A stretch of 64,000 bases of DNA from a phage. The translations under genes and the position numbers were made by a program. The notes under the pieces are model-generated. The model was not told the DNA's origin. It did no database searches and saw nothing but the letters and a program-made list of their open reading frames with translations. This document shows, piece by piece, positions 28,652 through 38,062 of this stretch (within the stretch, counting starts at the first letter, position 1; each line of letters begins with the position of its first letter). The DNA is taken from sequence record PZ179882.1; one strand, given 5' to 3'.

Positions 28652-28906
28652 CTATTTTATTTCCTCAAGTTCGTTAATCAATAAAAGTTCTCTGACGCTA
28701 AAAACAAAGAAAAATGTGTTCCCATCAACCAGAGCATGACCGCTAATAGAACACCCTCTGCGGAATTTAGAAACTTCACAATCTAGAACTGTAAAGGGTT
28801 TTAATCCTATGACTTTAGCTGTGCGTCTATTCAGTTCACAACCACTTGCGAATTTTTCCAAATCTTCTTCTGATTTAAACTGATATTCTCTATTAACTAG
28901 CATCAT
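28652..28906 (-). CDS. Hypothetical protein, 84 aa
   Basis: ORF track; downstream of promoter 28938-28967. Confidence 0.5.
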   Translation of the reverse strand: MMLVNREYQFKSEEDLEKFASGCELNRRTAKVIGLKPFTVLDCEVSKFRRGCSISGHALVDGNTFFFVFSVRELLLINELEEIK

Positions 28907-28924
28907 TTTCTTTTCTCCGCGATT

Positions 28925-28967
28925 AGCTGATAGAATTACTATAACACAACTCTATCAGCTTGTAAAC
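28925..28967 (-). promoter_or_regulatory. Early promoter with 10-bp inverted repeat straddling the -10
   Basis: GTTTAC 28967-28962, TATAGT 28943-28938; IR agctgataga (28925-28934) / tctatcagct (28951-28960). Confidence 0.55.
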
Positions 28968-28969
28968 TA

Positions 28970-29212
28970 CTATTTTACTAGCATCAATAACTGTTTCTCT
29001 AACTTGACGATTTTACGAAAGTATCTTTTGCATTGGCGAATCTGTCGCTTCGTAGGGCGCACAGCAAACTTAATAAATTCCACTCGACCAAATGGAGGAC
29101 TTTCTTCTGCTGGAATATCTAACACCAATTCCCACGTATCTGCAACAAGTGCTTTGAATTGAGTATTTTTCCTGACATTATACGGAGTAGGTTTAAATAA
29201 AACAATATGCAT
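28970..29212 (-). CDS. Hypothetical protein, ~80 aa
   Basis: Track ORF 28970..29254 trimmed to ATG 29210-29212 (GAGGA SD) so that it abuts the dmd stop instead of overlapping dmd by 40 nt. Confidence 0.45.
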   Translation of the reverse strand: MHIVLFKPTPYNVRKNTQFKALVADTWELVLDIPAEESPPFGRVEFIKFAVRPTKRQIRQCKRYFRKIVKLEKQLLMLVK

Positions 29213-29213
29213 A

Positions 29214-29396
29214 TTATCCTCGGCAATCCACTTCACATACTTTCTTGTCATCAATGAAAGCTTTAACTAATGCTTTATTAACTTCAGCATATTGAGTAGT
29301 AGCCCATTGAACGTCATCTTTCATCATTGTGATTTCTTTAGTAAACATGCTTTCATTCTTAAACCACCCCATAAAAACTACCTTTACCAATTCCAT
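29214..29396 (-). CDS. dmd: Dmd, antitoxin against host RnlA/LsoA RNases
   Basis: 60 aa, MELVKVVFMGWFKNESMFTKEI matches remembered T4 Dmd (gene 61.5), adjacent to gene 41; own early promoter upstream. Confidence 0.75.
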   Translation of the reverse strand: MELVKVVFMGWFKNESMFTKEITMMKDDVQWATTQYAEVNKALVKAFIDDKKVCEVDCRG

Positions 29397-29416
29397 AACA
29401 ATCTCCTCATTTAACC

Positions 29417-29455
29417 GACAAGACTACTATACCATAGTCTTGTCAGCTTGTAAAC
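29417..29455 (-). promoter_or_regulatory. Early promoter of dmd with 10-bp inverted repeat; -35 fused to gene 41 stop
   Basis: GTTTAC 29455-29450 (C shared with TAG stop of 41), TGgTATAGT 29434-29426; IR gacaagacta (29417-29426) / tagtcttgtc (29435-29444). Confidence 0.55.
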
Positions 29456-30882
29456 TAAAATTTTAATTCATTCGCTAAAGCATCTAACTGGGCTCGGGCT
29501 GATTCGTTTCTTTGATAGCGATTCTGCTCAGCCTGAATCTGCTGTGAACCTGCTACTTCGTTCACTTCAGTTGGAGTAGAATCTTGTTCAATTTCTACCC
29601 ATTTCTGATTTCCTTTTTGAACACCCATCAAAAACTTATTCCATTTATTCTTATCACCATATCGTGATTTGATTTGCTTAATTAGTTGTTGTTCAGCAGT
29701 TGCTAACTCCTCGGTTTCAATGACCGCAAGCATAAAATCGGCTGTTGCTGGAAGACCGGCAGATTCTGCAATATCGCTCATGTTAACATCAGAAGAATCC
29801 CAAGCTTGTTTACCAACCTGTGCTGCGGTCCAAAGAACAGTTTCAGTTTCAACAGCCAGAGCACGCAATTCCTCTGCGATGGCTTTAACAGTTGTGTAAC
29901 TATTTTCTGAATACACTCTGATACGGCAAGATTTACAAATACCAAGATAGTCGACAATAATGATTGTTGGAACAAAATTCTTCTTGAGCTTTAATTCGTT
30001 TAAAAGAGATCGAAATGTATTAGCGTCTGCTCCACCAGTAGGATATTGCTTAACGATTAAACGACCGAGAGTAGATTTCTCACGCCATTTTTCCATTTTT
30101 CCTTTATACTCAGCATAAGAAATATGCCCATCATCAATGTCATCAAGAGAAACATCAAGCATATTAGCGTCAATACGTTTAGCACAGACTTCTTCTGCCA
30201 TTTCCATGGAAATGTAAAGAACATTATGTCCGAGCTGCAAATAATCTGCTGCCAATGAACAAAGTCCTAATGATTTACCAACGTTAACACCAGCCATTAA
30301 AACGTTCAGTGTTCCTGTCTCAGCTCCGCCTTTAGTAATTTTATTTAGAATTTTGAGTTTAAATGGAACCTTACGAGCTTTATTCATATAAGATAGCCAG
30401 CGTGCTTCGTAGTCATCCATCCAATCATGACCAACGTAGTTATCAAATGAAATTGATAATGCTTGGCGCATGATGTCAGGAATAGCACCTACATCTGGCA
30501 TTTTCTTATTTCGTTTTTCCGGAGGAAGCTCAGCATTAGTTTGAATTTCGATTATTTTAGACGTAGCATTAAACATCGCCCTTTGTTGAACATATTTTTC
30601 TGTTTCTTTTACTAACCAACTGTGGTCTTCTGGAGAATCGGCTAGTTTTGAAATAAGTGTTTTTACACCAGAATATTCTGTTTCAGTAAATGAACTATTT
30701 TCTAATGCAACATTTAACGCATTAATAGATGGAACGCTATGGTACTCATTAACATGAGATTTAATTAATTTGAACGTATTTTTAGCTGGACCACTTTCAA
30801 AATATTCTGAATCCATATATGGCCAAACTTTTGAAAAATAAGCTTGATCAAATATGAGATGAGAAAGAATAATTTCTACCAC
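29455..30882 (-). CDS. 41: Replicative DNA helicase gp41 (DnaB-like)
   Basis: 475 aa as T4 gp41; MVEIILSHLIFDQAYFSKVWPYMDSEYF recognised; initiates at GTG 30880-30882 with AAGGAG SD. Confidence 0.92.
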   Translation of the reverse strand: MVEIILSHLIFDQAYFSKVWPYMDSEYFESGPAKNTFKLIKSHVNEYHSVPSINALNVALENSSFTETEYSGVKTLISKLADSPEDHSWLVKETEKYVQQRAMFNATSKIIEIQTNAELPPEKRNKKMPDVGAIPDIMRQALSISFDNYVGHDWMDDYEARWLSYMNKARKVPFKLKILNKITKGGAETGTLNVLMAGVNVGKSLGLCSLAADYLQLGHNVLYISMEMAEEVCAKRIDANMLDVSLDDIDDGHISYAEYKGKMEKWREKSTLGRLIVKQYPTGGADANTFRSLLNELKLKKNFVPTIIIVDYLGICKSCRIRVYSENSYTTVKAIAEELRALAVETETVLWTAAQVGKQAWDSSDVNMSDIAESAGLPATADFMLAVIETEELATAEQQLIKQIKSRYGDKNKWNKFLMGVQKGNQKWVEIEQDSTPTEVNEVAGSQQIQAEQNRYQRNESARAQLDALANELKF

Positions 30883-30891
30883 ACTTACTCC

Positions 30892-31254
30892 TTAAAAGAA
30901 TTTAAATTTTTTCTTTGACCTTTTATTAAATGCATCTTGTAGTTGCATTGTAATACATTTTTCTACATGAGGAGCTAACTCAGCTTTTCTTTCTTGGTCA
31001 AGAACAGCAAAGTCCATTACAACCTTTCCATCAACCCAATCTAATTTTGTCACATACACAATGTGTGTAGAACCATCTTCTAGTTTAATGACAATCTCCT
31101 GGATAACATTTTCCATGGCAGATTTAATTATCTTAAGAGACTCATTAAAAAGACGTTCTTTTCTTTCTTCTTCCCCCTCCGAAGAGGGGGATTCGTCGAT
31201 AATTTCTAGATCTAAATCTAAATCATCTTTATTCATTAAATTCTTCCATATCAC
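30892..31254 (-). CDS. 40: gp40 head-vertex assembly chaperone-like protein
   Basis: Position between 41 and uvsX; 120 aa from GTG (ATG alternative at 31236); acidic N-terminus. Confidence 0.6.
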   Translation of the reverse strand: MIWKNLMNKDDLDLDLEIIDESPSSEGEEERKERLFNESLKIIKSAMENVIQEIVIKLEDGSTHIVYVTKLDWVDGKVVMDFAVLDQERKAELAPHVEKCITMQLQDAFNKRSKKKFKFF

Positions 31255-32410
31255 TTAACTGTTCGAGGTCAGTTTCTAAATCAGCAGCTGATTTACTTTT
31301 ACTTTCTGGAGATTTAAATTTTTCAACCTTTGAGTTAATCAATTCATCAACTTCAGCTTCAACAATTTCATTACTATCAATAGCACCTAACTGATAAGCA
31401 CGTTTAATAGCATCTCGGAATGGTTGATGCTTAAATAAAGGACCCCAGAATGTAGTGCAGTTGGTATCTTTTGCACGCCAAGATTTTTCTTCGCGAATCA
31501 TCTCACCGGTTTCTTCATCAAGAAATTCACGGGCATACCAGCCATTTTTAGGTTTTACTACAAATCCTAATTCTAGAGCCATATCTAACAATCCAGAATA
31601 AGGATCGATACCACCGTCAAATTTAACATCAATAAAGAATTTACTTTTTTCTTTAACGGTACGAGATTTTTCTACATTTAGAACAAATTGATACCCTTGA
31701 AGATCAGAACCATCTTTAATCTGACGTTTACCGATAATGAATACAGTATCAGCCGAATACATTACGCCTGTACCACCTGTCATCACGGTTTTACTAAACA
31801 TTTCAATTGTTTCAATTGTATGGTTAACCGCAACACACGGAATATTTTTAATGCTAAAATAAGGAGTAACGATACGGAATAATGACTTCAGTGATTTAGC
31901 ACGAGTCATATCTGCAACAGATTTTTCATTCAAGGCATCTTCCGTTTCTTTCTTAGAAGCCATATTACCGATTGAGTCGATGAATACAATAACCTTTTCG
32001 CCACGCTCAATAGCTTCAAGCTGATTCACCATATCAATTTTTAGCTGTTCAACTGACTGAATTGGCGTATGAATTACTCGTTCCGGGTCAACTCCCATGG
32101 ATCGCAAATAAGCTGGAGTAATACCAAATTCGCTATCATAGAATAGACAAACCGCGTCAGGATATTTGTTCAAATATGCCGCAACCATAGTCAAAGACAT
32201 ATTTGATTTAAAGTGTTTAGAAGGCCCTGCGAAAATAGTTAAACCAGACTGCATACCGCCATCAATCGCACCAGAAATAGCAATATTAAGCATTGGAATT
32301 TTTGTACGAATTACATCCTTTTCATTAAAGAATTTAGATGTAGTCAGTTCAGCAGTCATTTTAGAAGTGGAAGCTTTAATCAAACGGGATTTTAAATCTG
32401 CAATAGACAT
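31229..32410 (-). CDS. uvsX: UvsX recombinase (RecA-like)
   Basis: 393 aa; LKSRLIKASTSK...IPMLNIAISGA...CLFYDSEFGITPAYLRSMGVDPERVIHTP closely matches remembered T4 UvsX but with substitutions. Confidence 0.92.
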   Translation of the reverse strand: MSIADLKSRLIKASTSKMTAELTTSKFFNEKDVIRTKIPMLNIAISGAIDGGMQSGLTIFAGPSKHFKSNMSLTMVAAYLNKYPDAVCLFYDSEFGITPAYLRSMGVDPERVIHTPIQSVEQLKIDMVNQLEAIERGEKVIVFIDSIGNMASKKETEDALNEKSVADMTRAKSLKSLFRIVTPYFSIKNIPCVAVNHTIETIEMFSKTVMTGGTGVMYSADTVFIIGKRQIKDGSDLQGYQFVLNVEKSRTVKEKSKFFIDVKFDGGIDPYSGLLDMALELGFVVKPKNGWYAREFLDEETGEMIREEKSWRAKDTNCTTFWGPLFKHQPFRDAIKRAYQLGAIDSNEIVEAEVDELINSKVEKFKSPESKSKSAADLETDLEQLSDMEEFNE

Positions 32411-32487
32411 TCATTTTTTCCATAGGCATCATTATATTTTCCTCACTGGTTAAAGATAGAGTAATTATAACACAATAAATTTAGGCA

Positions 32488-33336
32488 TTAATCAACTGCT
32501 ATTGGATGAATAGCATTAAACTTATGAAATGCTTCTGATTTTTCTTTACGCGAAACACACATGCGAAGAACCTTTAATGGCTCGTCTTCTTCACCCAACG
32601 ATTTTCGTTTTTCAATATTCGATGTTTTCCAACGAGCTTGCTCTGGAAACTCTCTATTGATTTGCTCAAGCGCTCTATTATGTTTAGAATTACTACGAAT
32701 TGAACTACACCCGCCAGGAGCTTGTGCTTTTCCAGATACAACTAGATATTTGAACAAGGCCAAATGCGGATAACCTTGATTAATTAAATTGAGAAATGCA
32801 TACATATCTTCGCATAAATCAATTTTTCCATACCCAATTTGTTCTGTCGTAAGTTTTCCGAGGTCATACCATGTATTCGTGAATCCATATGAATTTTCAC
32901 GATAATTACCCCAAGATGAAGTAATTTTAAAAATTGGTAGACGAGCATGACCGTGATAATACCCGCAATCCATGGCATCTTCAACATATTGAATCAATTC
33001 ATAGAACTGTTCACGAGTTAATTGATTAATTTTATCTACGCGCCGTTTATCGTCTCTCTTTCGTATTGAACTCATACGGATAGTAGTATCATCGTCAATC
33101 ATCCAGATTCGTTGACCTGCATACATATCAGTAATTGCTTTACGAGTACCGGCAATTCCGTTTACATCATCAGGAATAGTTATAATTTTAGCTCTAGACC
33201 CATAGGCATCATAATAAGCTTTTTCTTCATGTTCACGCACTACAATATGGGGTTCATAATCAGTCGGAAACATATCAAGGGCAGAAACTGCCCCGACACG
33301 CTGATAACTTGGAATTACGAATTGAATCATTTCCAC
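32488..33336 (-). CDS. Glycosyltransferase (GT-A-like, DxD motif) at the beta-gt locus; candidate hmC-glucosyl transferase of T2/T6 type
   Basis: 282 aa; motif RIWMIDDDT; lies between uvsX and 42 where T4 has beta-gt, but does not resemble remembered T4 beta-gt. Confidence 0.55.
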   Translation of the reverse strand: MEMIQFVIPSYQRVGAVSALDMFPTDYEPHIVVREHEEKAYYDAYGSRAKIITIPDDVNGIAGTRKAITDMYAGQRIWMIDDDTTIRMSSIRKRDDKRRVDKINQLTREQFYELIQYVEDAMDCGYYHGHARLPIFKITSSWGNYRENSYGFTNTWYDLGKLTTEQIGYGKIDLCEDMYAFLNLINQGYPHLALFKYLVVSGKAQAPGGCSSIRSNSKHNRALEQINREFPEQARWKTSNIEKRKSLGEEDEPLKVLRMCVSRKEKSEAFHKFNAIHPIAVD

Positions 33337-34067
33337 TCACCTTTATAGTCTTTTTTCACAATATGAGTTTCGCCAGTATTCCACCAATGATCAACCAAGT
33401 AAAAATGACGAGAATATACATGAAGACTTCCGACATTCCATATAATAGAACCTGCTTTATACTGACGAGTTGAATCGCCTGCATTCAAATCAGATACTAA
33501 TTTATCTAATACGTATTTTTGCCATGCATAATCATTACGGAATCCGAAGACCACGTCATTTGAGCGCATGCTTACTACTGCATTGACTTTCTTATCACGA
33601 ATCAGGTACTGTACTGTATTAGTACACATGAAATCTGACATACCATCTTTATTGTAATCAAATTGCATGGATGGACGAGTATAAATCATGATACCACGTC
33701 GAGAATCAGGATTTTGACCAAGTTCAGCTAAACACATATCATACTGGGCATAGTTATCTTCTGACCAGATGGCCCAACCATAATTCGAGTTAATTTCGCC
33801 TTTAGAAGATGCTACCTGCTGCCAAATCTTTGGTGTTTCACCTGGAATATCTTTAACAAACAAACTCTTAGATTTATACCATTCAAGTTCACGCTGAATG
33901 TATTCATCATTAAGAGCGCCAAAAATAAACGGTTCATCTGCTACAAATGATGCGCCAATAATTTCAATAGTTTTAACACCAGTTTTATCAATTACGAAAT
34001 CTTTTTCCTTTAATGCAGTTCCCAAATAAAAACGGATTTCTTCAACTGTCATAGAGTCACTAATCAT
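33327..34067 (-). CDS. 42: dCMP hydroxymethylase gp42
   Basis: 246 aa; MISDSMTVEEIR and thymidylate-synthase-like fold motifs match remembered T4 gp42. Confidence 0.92.
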   Translation of the reverse strand: MISDSMTVEEIRFYLGTALKEKDFVIDKTGVKTIEIIGASFVADEPFIFGALNDEYIQRELEWYKSKSLFVKDIPGETPKIWQQVASSKGEINSNYGWAIWSEDNYAQYDMCLAELGQNPDSRRGIMIYTRPSMQFDYNKDGMSDFMCTNTVQYLIRDKKVNAVVSMRSNDVVFGFRNDYAWQKYVLDKLVSDLNAGDSTRQYKAGSIIWNVGSLHVYSRHFYLVDHWWNTGETHIVKKDYKGEWK

Positions 34068-34220
34068 TTAAACCTCAATTGATACATTCATATTTAACTT
34101 GTAACAGTAATAAACCCCAACCTAAAATAATAGTTGGAATCATAAGAGGAACCGTTACACTATAGTATATACTTATTATAATCATCAAGATTAAAAGCAA
34201 TGCTGTTATAATTTTGCTTT

Positions 34221-34472
34221 TCATTCCTTCTCTCTGATGATAATTACCTGATTTGGCTGCGCAGACTTTTTAGTTTCACCTGCAATTGACCAAATAAATG
34301 TAATAAACCAACCAATAATTGACCAGTTAAACAGCAAAGATGTGAAAAAGATTCCTACTGTCGATTTTGACCCACGCATCAAAGCAATAAACCATGGAAG
34401 CATGTATATAATAATAGCCAACACACCTGAAACTAAAACCATAAAAATTGAACCTGCTACTAAAGTTTCCAT
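34221..34472 (-). CDS. imm: Immunity protein Imm (superinfection exclusion, inner membrane)
   Basis: 83 aa, two TM segments, position between 42 and 43 as in T4. Confidence 0.75.
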   Translation of the reverse strand: METLVAGSIFMVLVSGVLAIIIYMLPWFIALMRGSKSTVGIFFTSLLFNWSIIGWFITFIWSIAGETKKSAQPNQVIIIREKE

Positions 34473-34479
34473 ATTTTCC

Positions 34480-34860
34480 TCACTTAGTCAAATTTTTTAC
34501 ACATGAATTATAAGAATTCACTACATACTCCATCGGAGCATTTTTACCAGTACGCCATTGGTAATTATTGGCCCAATTAGCCCAAAGCTCGGCGCAGTAG
34601 TTTTCAATTTTTTCTTCGCGTGTAATTACATCCGAATTACGATATGCTTGAGCAGATTCATCTGGACGAATAGCTTCGTCAAAATTCGCCTGCATTTGTT
34701 CGACTGTTTGCTTTGGAGCTTCTTTATAACACTTGACATTAGGATTATAAAATTTGCTTGAACAGTTTACAATTTTTCCTGCATCAGACTGATTTACTAC
34801 CGGTCCTTGAGCTACACAACCAGTAAGACCTAATGCAATAACCAAAATAGCGATTTTCAT
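34480..34860 (-). CDS. Putative lipoprotein, 126 aa
   Basis: Signal peptide plus lipobox LTGC (MKIAILVIALGLTGCVAQG). Confidence 0.5.
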   Translation of the reverse strand: MKIAILVIALGLTGCVAQGPVVNQSDAGKIVNCSSKFYNPNVKCYKEAPKQTVEQMQANFDEAIRPDESAQAYRNSDVITREEKIENYCAELWANWANNYQWRTGKNAPMEYVVNSYNSCVKNLTK

Positions 34861-34870
34861 AATAATTTCC

Positions 34871-35107
34871 TCAAATGCAAGTAGTAATTACTCCAGTAGT
34901 GCTTATGCAGGTATTACCCATTTGCACACCTAAAGATCCATTTGTATTCACATGAAGATTATCATCAATTTTAACTGATATTTTACCATTAGTGTGAATA
35001 ATAGTATTAGATTCAATCACAGGTTGAGTATCATTTTCAACACTAACAAATGGAACTGCTGCTAATGCAACTAAACAAACTGCTAAGCAACCCATAACAA
35101 TTTTCAT
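34871..35107 (-). CDS. Putative secreted/membrane protein, ~78 aa
   Basis: Track ORF starts at TTG; ATG 35105-35107 (MKIVMGCLAVCLVALAAVPF) with GGAG SD, downstream of promoter 35142-35171. Confidence 0.45.
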   Translation of the reverse strand: MKIVMGCLAVCLVALAAVPFVSVENDTQPVIESNTIIHTNGKISVKIDDNLHVNTNGSLGVQMGNTCISTTGVITTCI

Positions 35108-35141
35108 TTTATTCTCCAAATCCGTATTAGTTGATAGTTGT

Positions 35142-35171
35142 ATAGTACCATGGAAGAACAGTCTTGTAAAC
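35142..35171 (-). promoter_or_regulatory. Early promoter downstream of gene 43 terminator
   Basis: GTTTAC 35171-35166, 18-nt spacer, TGgTACTAT 35150-35142. Confidence 0.55.
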
Positions 35172-35251
35172 AGTTTTGTGAAAATTTTTTAGGGAATTCT
35201 AAAGGTCCAGAATCATCTGTTTTTCATAAGTATAGATTTATATTACTTGTA

Positions 35252-35274
35252 TGAAAAAGGGACCCGGAGGTCCC
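35252..35274 (-). terminator. Rho-independent terminator downstream of gene 43
   Basis: Hairpin gggacc-cgga-ggtccc followed on minus strand by UUUUUC. Confidence 0.6.
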
Positions 35275-35287
35275 TAGATTTATTCTA

Positions 35288-37984
35288 TCAGCCAAACAGG
35301 AAGTCTAACGAAGCTTTTTCTTCATAGTCCATGCCAGCCGATTCACACATACCCGCAAGCGGTTTAACAAACGATTTTTGGAACAAAGTTGAGTGGTCAA
35401 TCCAAGATAGCACATCAGAACGAATTTCTTTTGGAAGTTCTGTACCCGATGGCCAAGCAATGCACTTGTCACCAAATGGATTTCCTTCACGTAATGGAAG
35501 AACCATTACTTTATTTCCATCCAAAATTGGAGCTACACCCAGACCACTAACAGCTCGACGATAAGTTAGCACACCGCGAATATGGAACGGGCATTTAAAT
35601 CCTGGCCAACCTTTATCATCATATTTAGCTATATCGTTCGCAGTTTTTACTTCAGCAATAACTTTATAGTCAAGTTGACGATATTCTTTCTCGAAGTTCT
35701 TGTAATATTCTTGGACAGACTCTTCACCTTCCTGAAGAATACGACGAATACTTTCTTCGAGAGCTTCTTGCACTGCTTTTGGTGTTGAACTCTGCTGAGT
35801 TTCCATACCCATGATTTTTAGATGCGGTTCAGCAAATCGTTTATCTTCCATATCATAAACGTTCAGAGCATAACGCTTTTTCGCTTTCCAAAATCCACCA
35901 ACACCCTTTGAACCAAGTGGAGGGCAAGAAATAGCTTCACGGTCCATATGCATCAGATGCTCGCGGTTATTCATATAATCACATAACTCACGATATGCAA
36001 CATCAATCATAGGTTCCATCTTTTTCTTACCGAACTGATTCATGAATTCAACTAAATCGTTCTGCTCTTTGAATCGGTCAAGACCAACTTTTTCAATAAC
36101 TTTATCTACACAAACATATACCGAATCAGTATCACCTGCTGCAATGAAATCTTCGCCATTAGTTCCGCATACTTTATTCAGATATTCATTAATTTTACGA
36201 GCAATCCACTGAATACCAACTTGGCCGAAAATTGTGATAGCAGTAGCATTTCGCAAATCATAGTAACGGAAATGAATATTACCAAGAGCACCATAAAGAC
36301 TGTTAATAAGAATTTTACGGTTCAGCTGATTTGTATTAGCAAGTGTAGCTGCTTTTTCACATTCTTCAATCAAACTATTGAGAACAGATTCAGTATAATT
36401 CGATAGTTCATTTAAGAAATCATCACTGAACTTAACATATCGTTCAACTTCAGGTTTAGTTGAACAAGACCCTGCGCCTTTCATAATAATCTTTTTAATA
36501 GCTTCGGCATTCATTTCTTCAGCGAACATTTTCTTTTTCCAGTCTTTACGCTGGAAAAATACTTTAGCGATTTCCTTTGGAATGATACCTTCTTGATGCT
36601 TATCATACATCCATCCATTCGGAGAACAAGAATATTCATCACTCGGTTTAGGAGCTGTTCCTGCGATATATTCATGAATTGGATGAACTTTAAACTGACC
36701 ACGAATAGTCTCAGGACTAATGTTAACCTGACGAATAATGCTCGGATACAGAGACGTCAAGTCAAAACTCATAATATATCGACGAGCAATTGGTTTAGGT
36801 TCAAATACAAATGCACCTGGAAAACTCTGTTTAACGTGCGAACCTTGTTGAGGAATAACCTTATGTTCACCTTTCAATGAGTTAAAAATAATAGCATCCC
36901 AAGTTTTAATAGGACTCATTACACCGGAAAAAGGCATTTTAGCATAATAAGACATACTTAAAACTAGATCGATAAACCCGCGAATTTTATCAATTGCTTG
37001 AACTGATTCTACGTCAATGATGTTATAACTAATGTATCGTTGATGATTAGTCTCACGAAGTTTATTAATAGGACCGTCGTATGGTAATTTACCTTTTTTG
37101 GTTTCATGTTGAGCAACTGATTCCAAAGAGAATGATGGCAAATTAGTAAATGCGAATTTTTTGTACAAATCTAAATAATCAAGAATAGATACGCCATCAA
37201 TAGAATAAATTTCTTTGCTACCGTACATATTTTGAATTAGTTTAGATTTTACTCGACCGATTGGGGAGAAGCGTTTCATACTACGTTCACCGAGAACCAT
37301 TTTAACACGATTCATGATATACGGAACGTCAAATCCCTCAATATTCCAACCGGTAAAAATAGCAGGTCGTTTCTGTTCCCAGAGATTAATATATTCCATG
37401 AGCATATCACGCTCATTATCAAATGGCATATAAATTACTCGGTCAAGAATTTCTTGAGGAACTTCATCACCACCTTCACAGTCAAGCTTAGCAGCTAACT
37501 TTGCATCCCATTTTGATACTGAACCGTACATTGAATTCAAAAGGTCGAAAACATAAAAACGATCATCAATTGAATCGTAATGAGTGATAGCATCAATTTC
37601 ATATTCAGCTTTCATTGGGTCAGGAAATTTATCACCAGTAACCTCAATGTCACAGTTAGCTACACGAACAAATTTTCGGTCATAAACAATTTCTGAACCA
37701 TACGTATCACTGATATAAGCGAGTTTAAAATCGTTCATACCGAGAGCTTCGAGACCGATGTCTTCCATTCGCTTCATCCAATCTCGAGCATCTTTCATTG
37801 ATGGAAATTTTTGAGGAGCGCAGTTTTTACCGTAGATGTCTTTGTATTTTGACTCTTCCTTACAATGCCTAAACATAGTTGGAAGATATTCTACTTCACG
37901 AGTACGTTCCTTTCCGTTTTCATCAATATAACGTTCAACAATATTATTTCCGACTGTTTCGATAGAGATATAAAATTCTTTCAT
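35288..37984 (-). CDS. 43: DNA polymerase gp43 (family B)
   Basis: 898 aa as T4 gp43; exonuclease and polymerase motifs; ATG verified 37982-37984; terminator downstream. Confidence 0.95.
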   Translation of the reverse strand: MKEFYISIETVGNNIVERYIDENGKERTREVEYLPTMFRHCKEESKYKDIYGKNCAPQKFPSMKDARDWMKRMEDIGLEALGMNDFKLAYISDTYGSEIVYDRKFVRVANCDIEVTGDKFPDPMKAEYEIDAITHYDSIDDRFYVFDLLNSMYGSVSKWDAKLAAKLDCEGGDEVPQEILDRVIYMPFDNERDMLMEYINLWEQKRPAIFTGWNIEGFDVPYIMNRVKMVLGERSMKRFSPIGRVKSKLIQNMYGSKEIYSIDGVSILDYLDLYKKFAFTNLPSFSLESVAQHETKKGKLPYDGPINKLRETNHQRYISYNIIDVESVQAIDKIRGFIDLVLSMSYYAKMPFSGVMSPIKTWDAIIFNSLKGEHKVIPQQGSHVKQSFPGAFVFEPKPIARRYIMSFDLTSLYPSIIRQVNISPETIRGQFKVHPIHEYIAGTAPKPSDEYSCSPNGWMYDKHQEGIIPKEIAKVFFQRKDWKKKMFAEEMNAEAIKKIIMKGAGSCSTKPEVERYVKFSDDFLNELSNYTESVLNSLIEECEKAATLANTNQLNRKILINSLYGALGNIHFRYYDLRNATAITIFGQVGIQWIARKINEYLNKVCGTNGEDFIAAGDTDSVYVCVDKVIEKVGLDRFKEQNDLVEFMNQFGKKKMEPMIDVAYRELCDYMNNREHLMHMDREAISCPPLGSKGVGGFWKAKKRYALNVYDMEDKRFAEPHLKIMGMETQQSSTPKAVQEALEESIRRILQEGEESVQEYYKNFEKEYRQLDYKVIAEVKTANDIAKYDDKGWPGFKCPFHIRGVLTYRRAVSGLGVAPILDGNKVMVLPLREGNPFGDKCIAWPSGTELPKEIRSDVLSWIDHSTLFQKSFVKPLAGMCESAGMDYEEKASLDFLFG

Positions 37985-38025
37985 AGATATTCCTTAGTTT
38001 ATAGCCCGAGTTATTAGGCTCTTGA
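37985..38025 (-). promoter_or_regulatory. Gene 43 translational operator (autoregulatory hairpin plus SD)
   Basis: Minus strand AGAGCCUAAUAACUCGGGCUAUAAACUAAGGAAUAUCUAUG: 5-bp stem/8-nt loop hairpin (38003-38020) next to SD, as remembered for the T4 gp43 operator. Confidence 0.55.
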
Positions 38026-38042
38026 TATATTATACTCCAAAT

Positions 38043-38060
38043 AAGGGGCCGAAGCCCCTT
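38043..38060 (-). other. Intercistronic C(UUCG)G-type hairpin between regA and 43
   Basis: aaggggc-cgaa-gcccctt. Confidence 0.5.
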
Positions 38061-38062
38061 GC

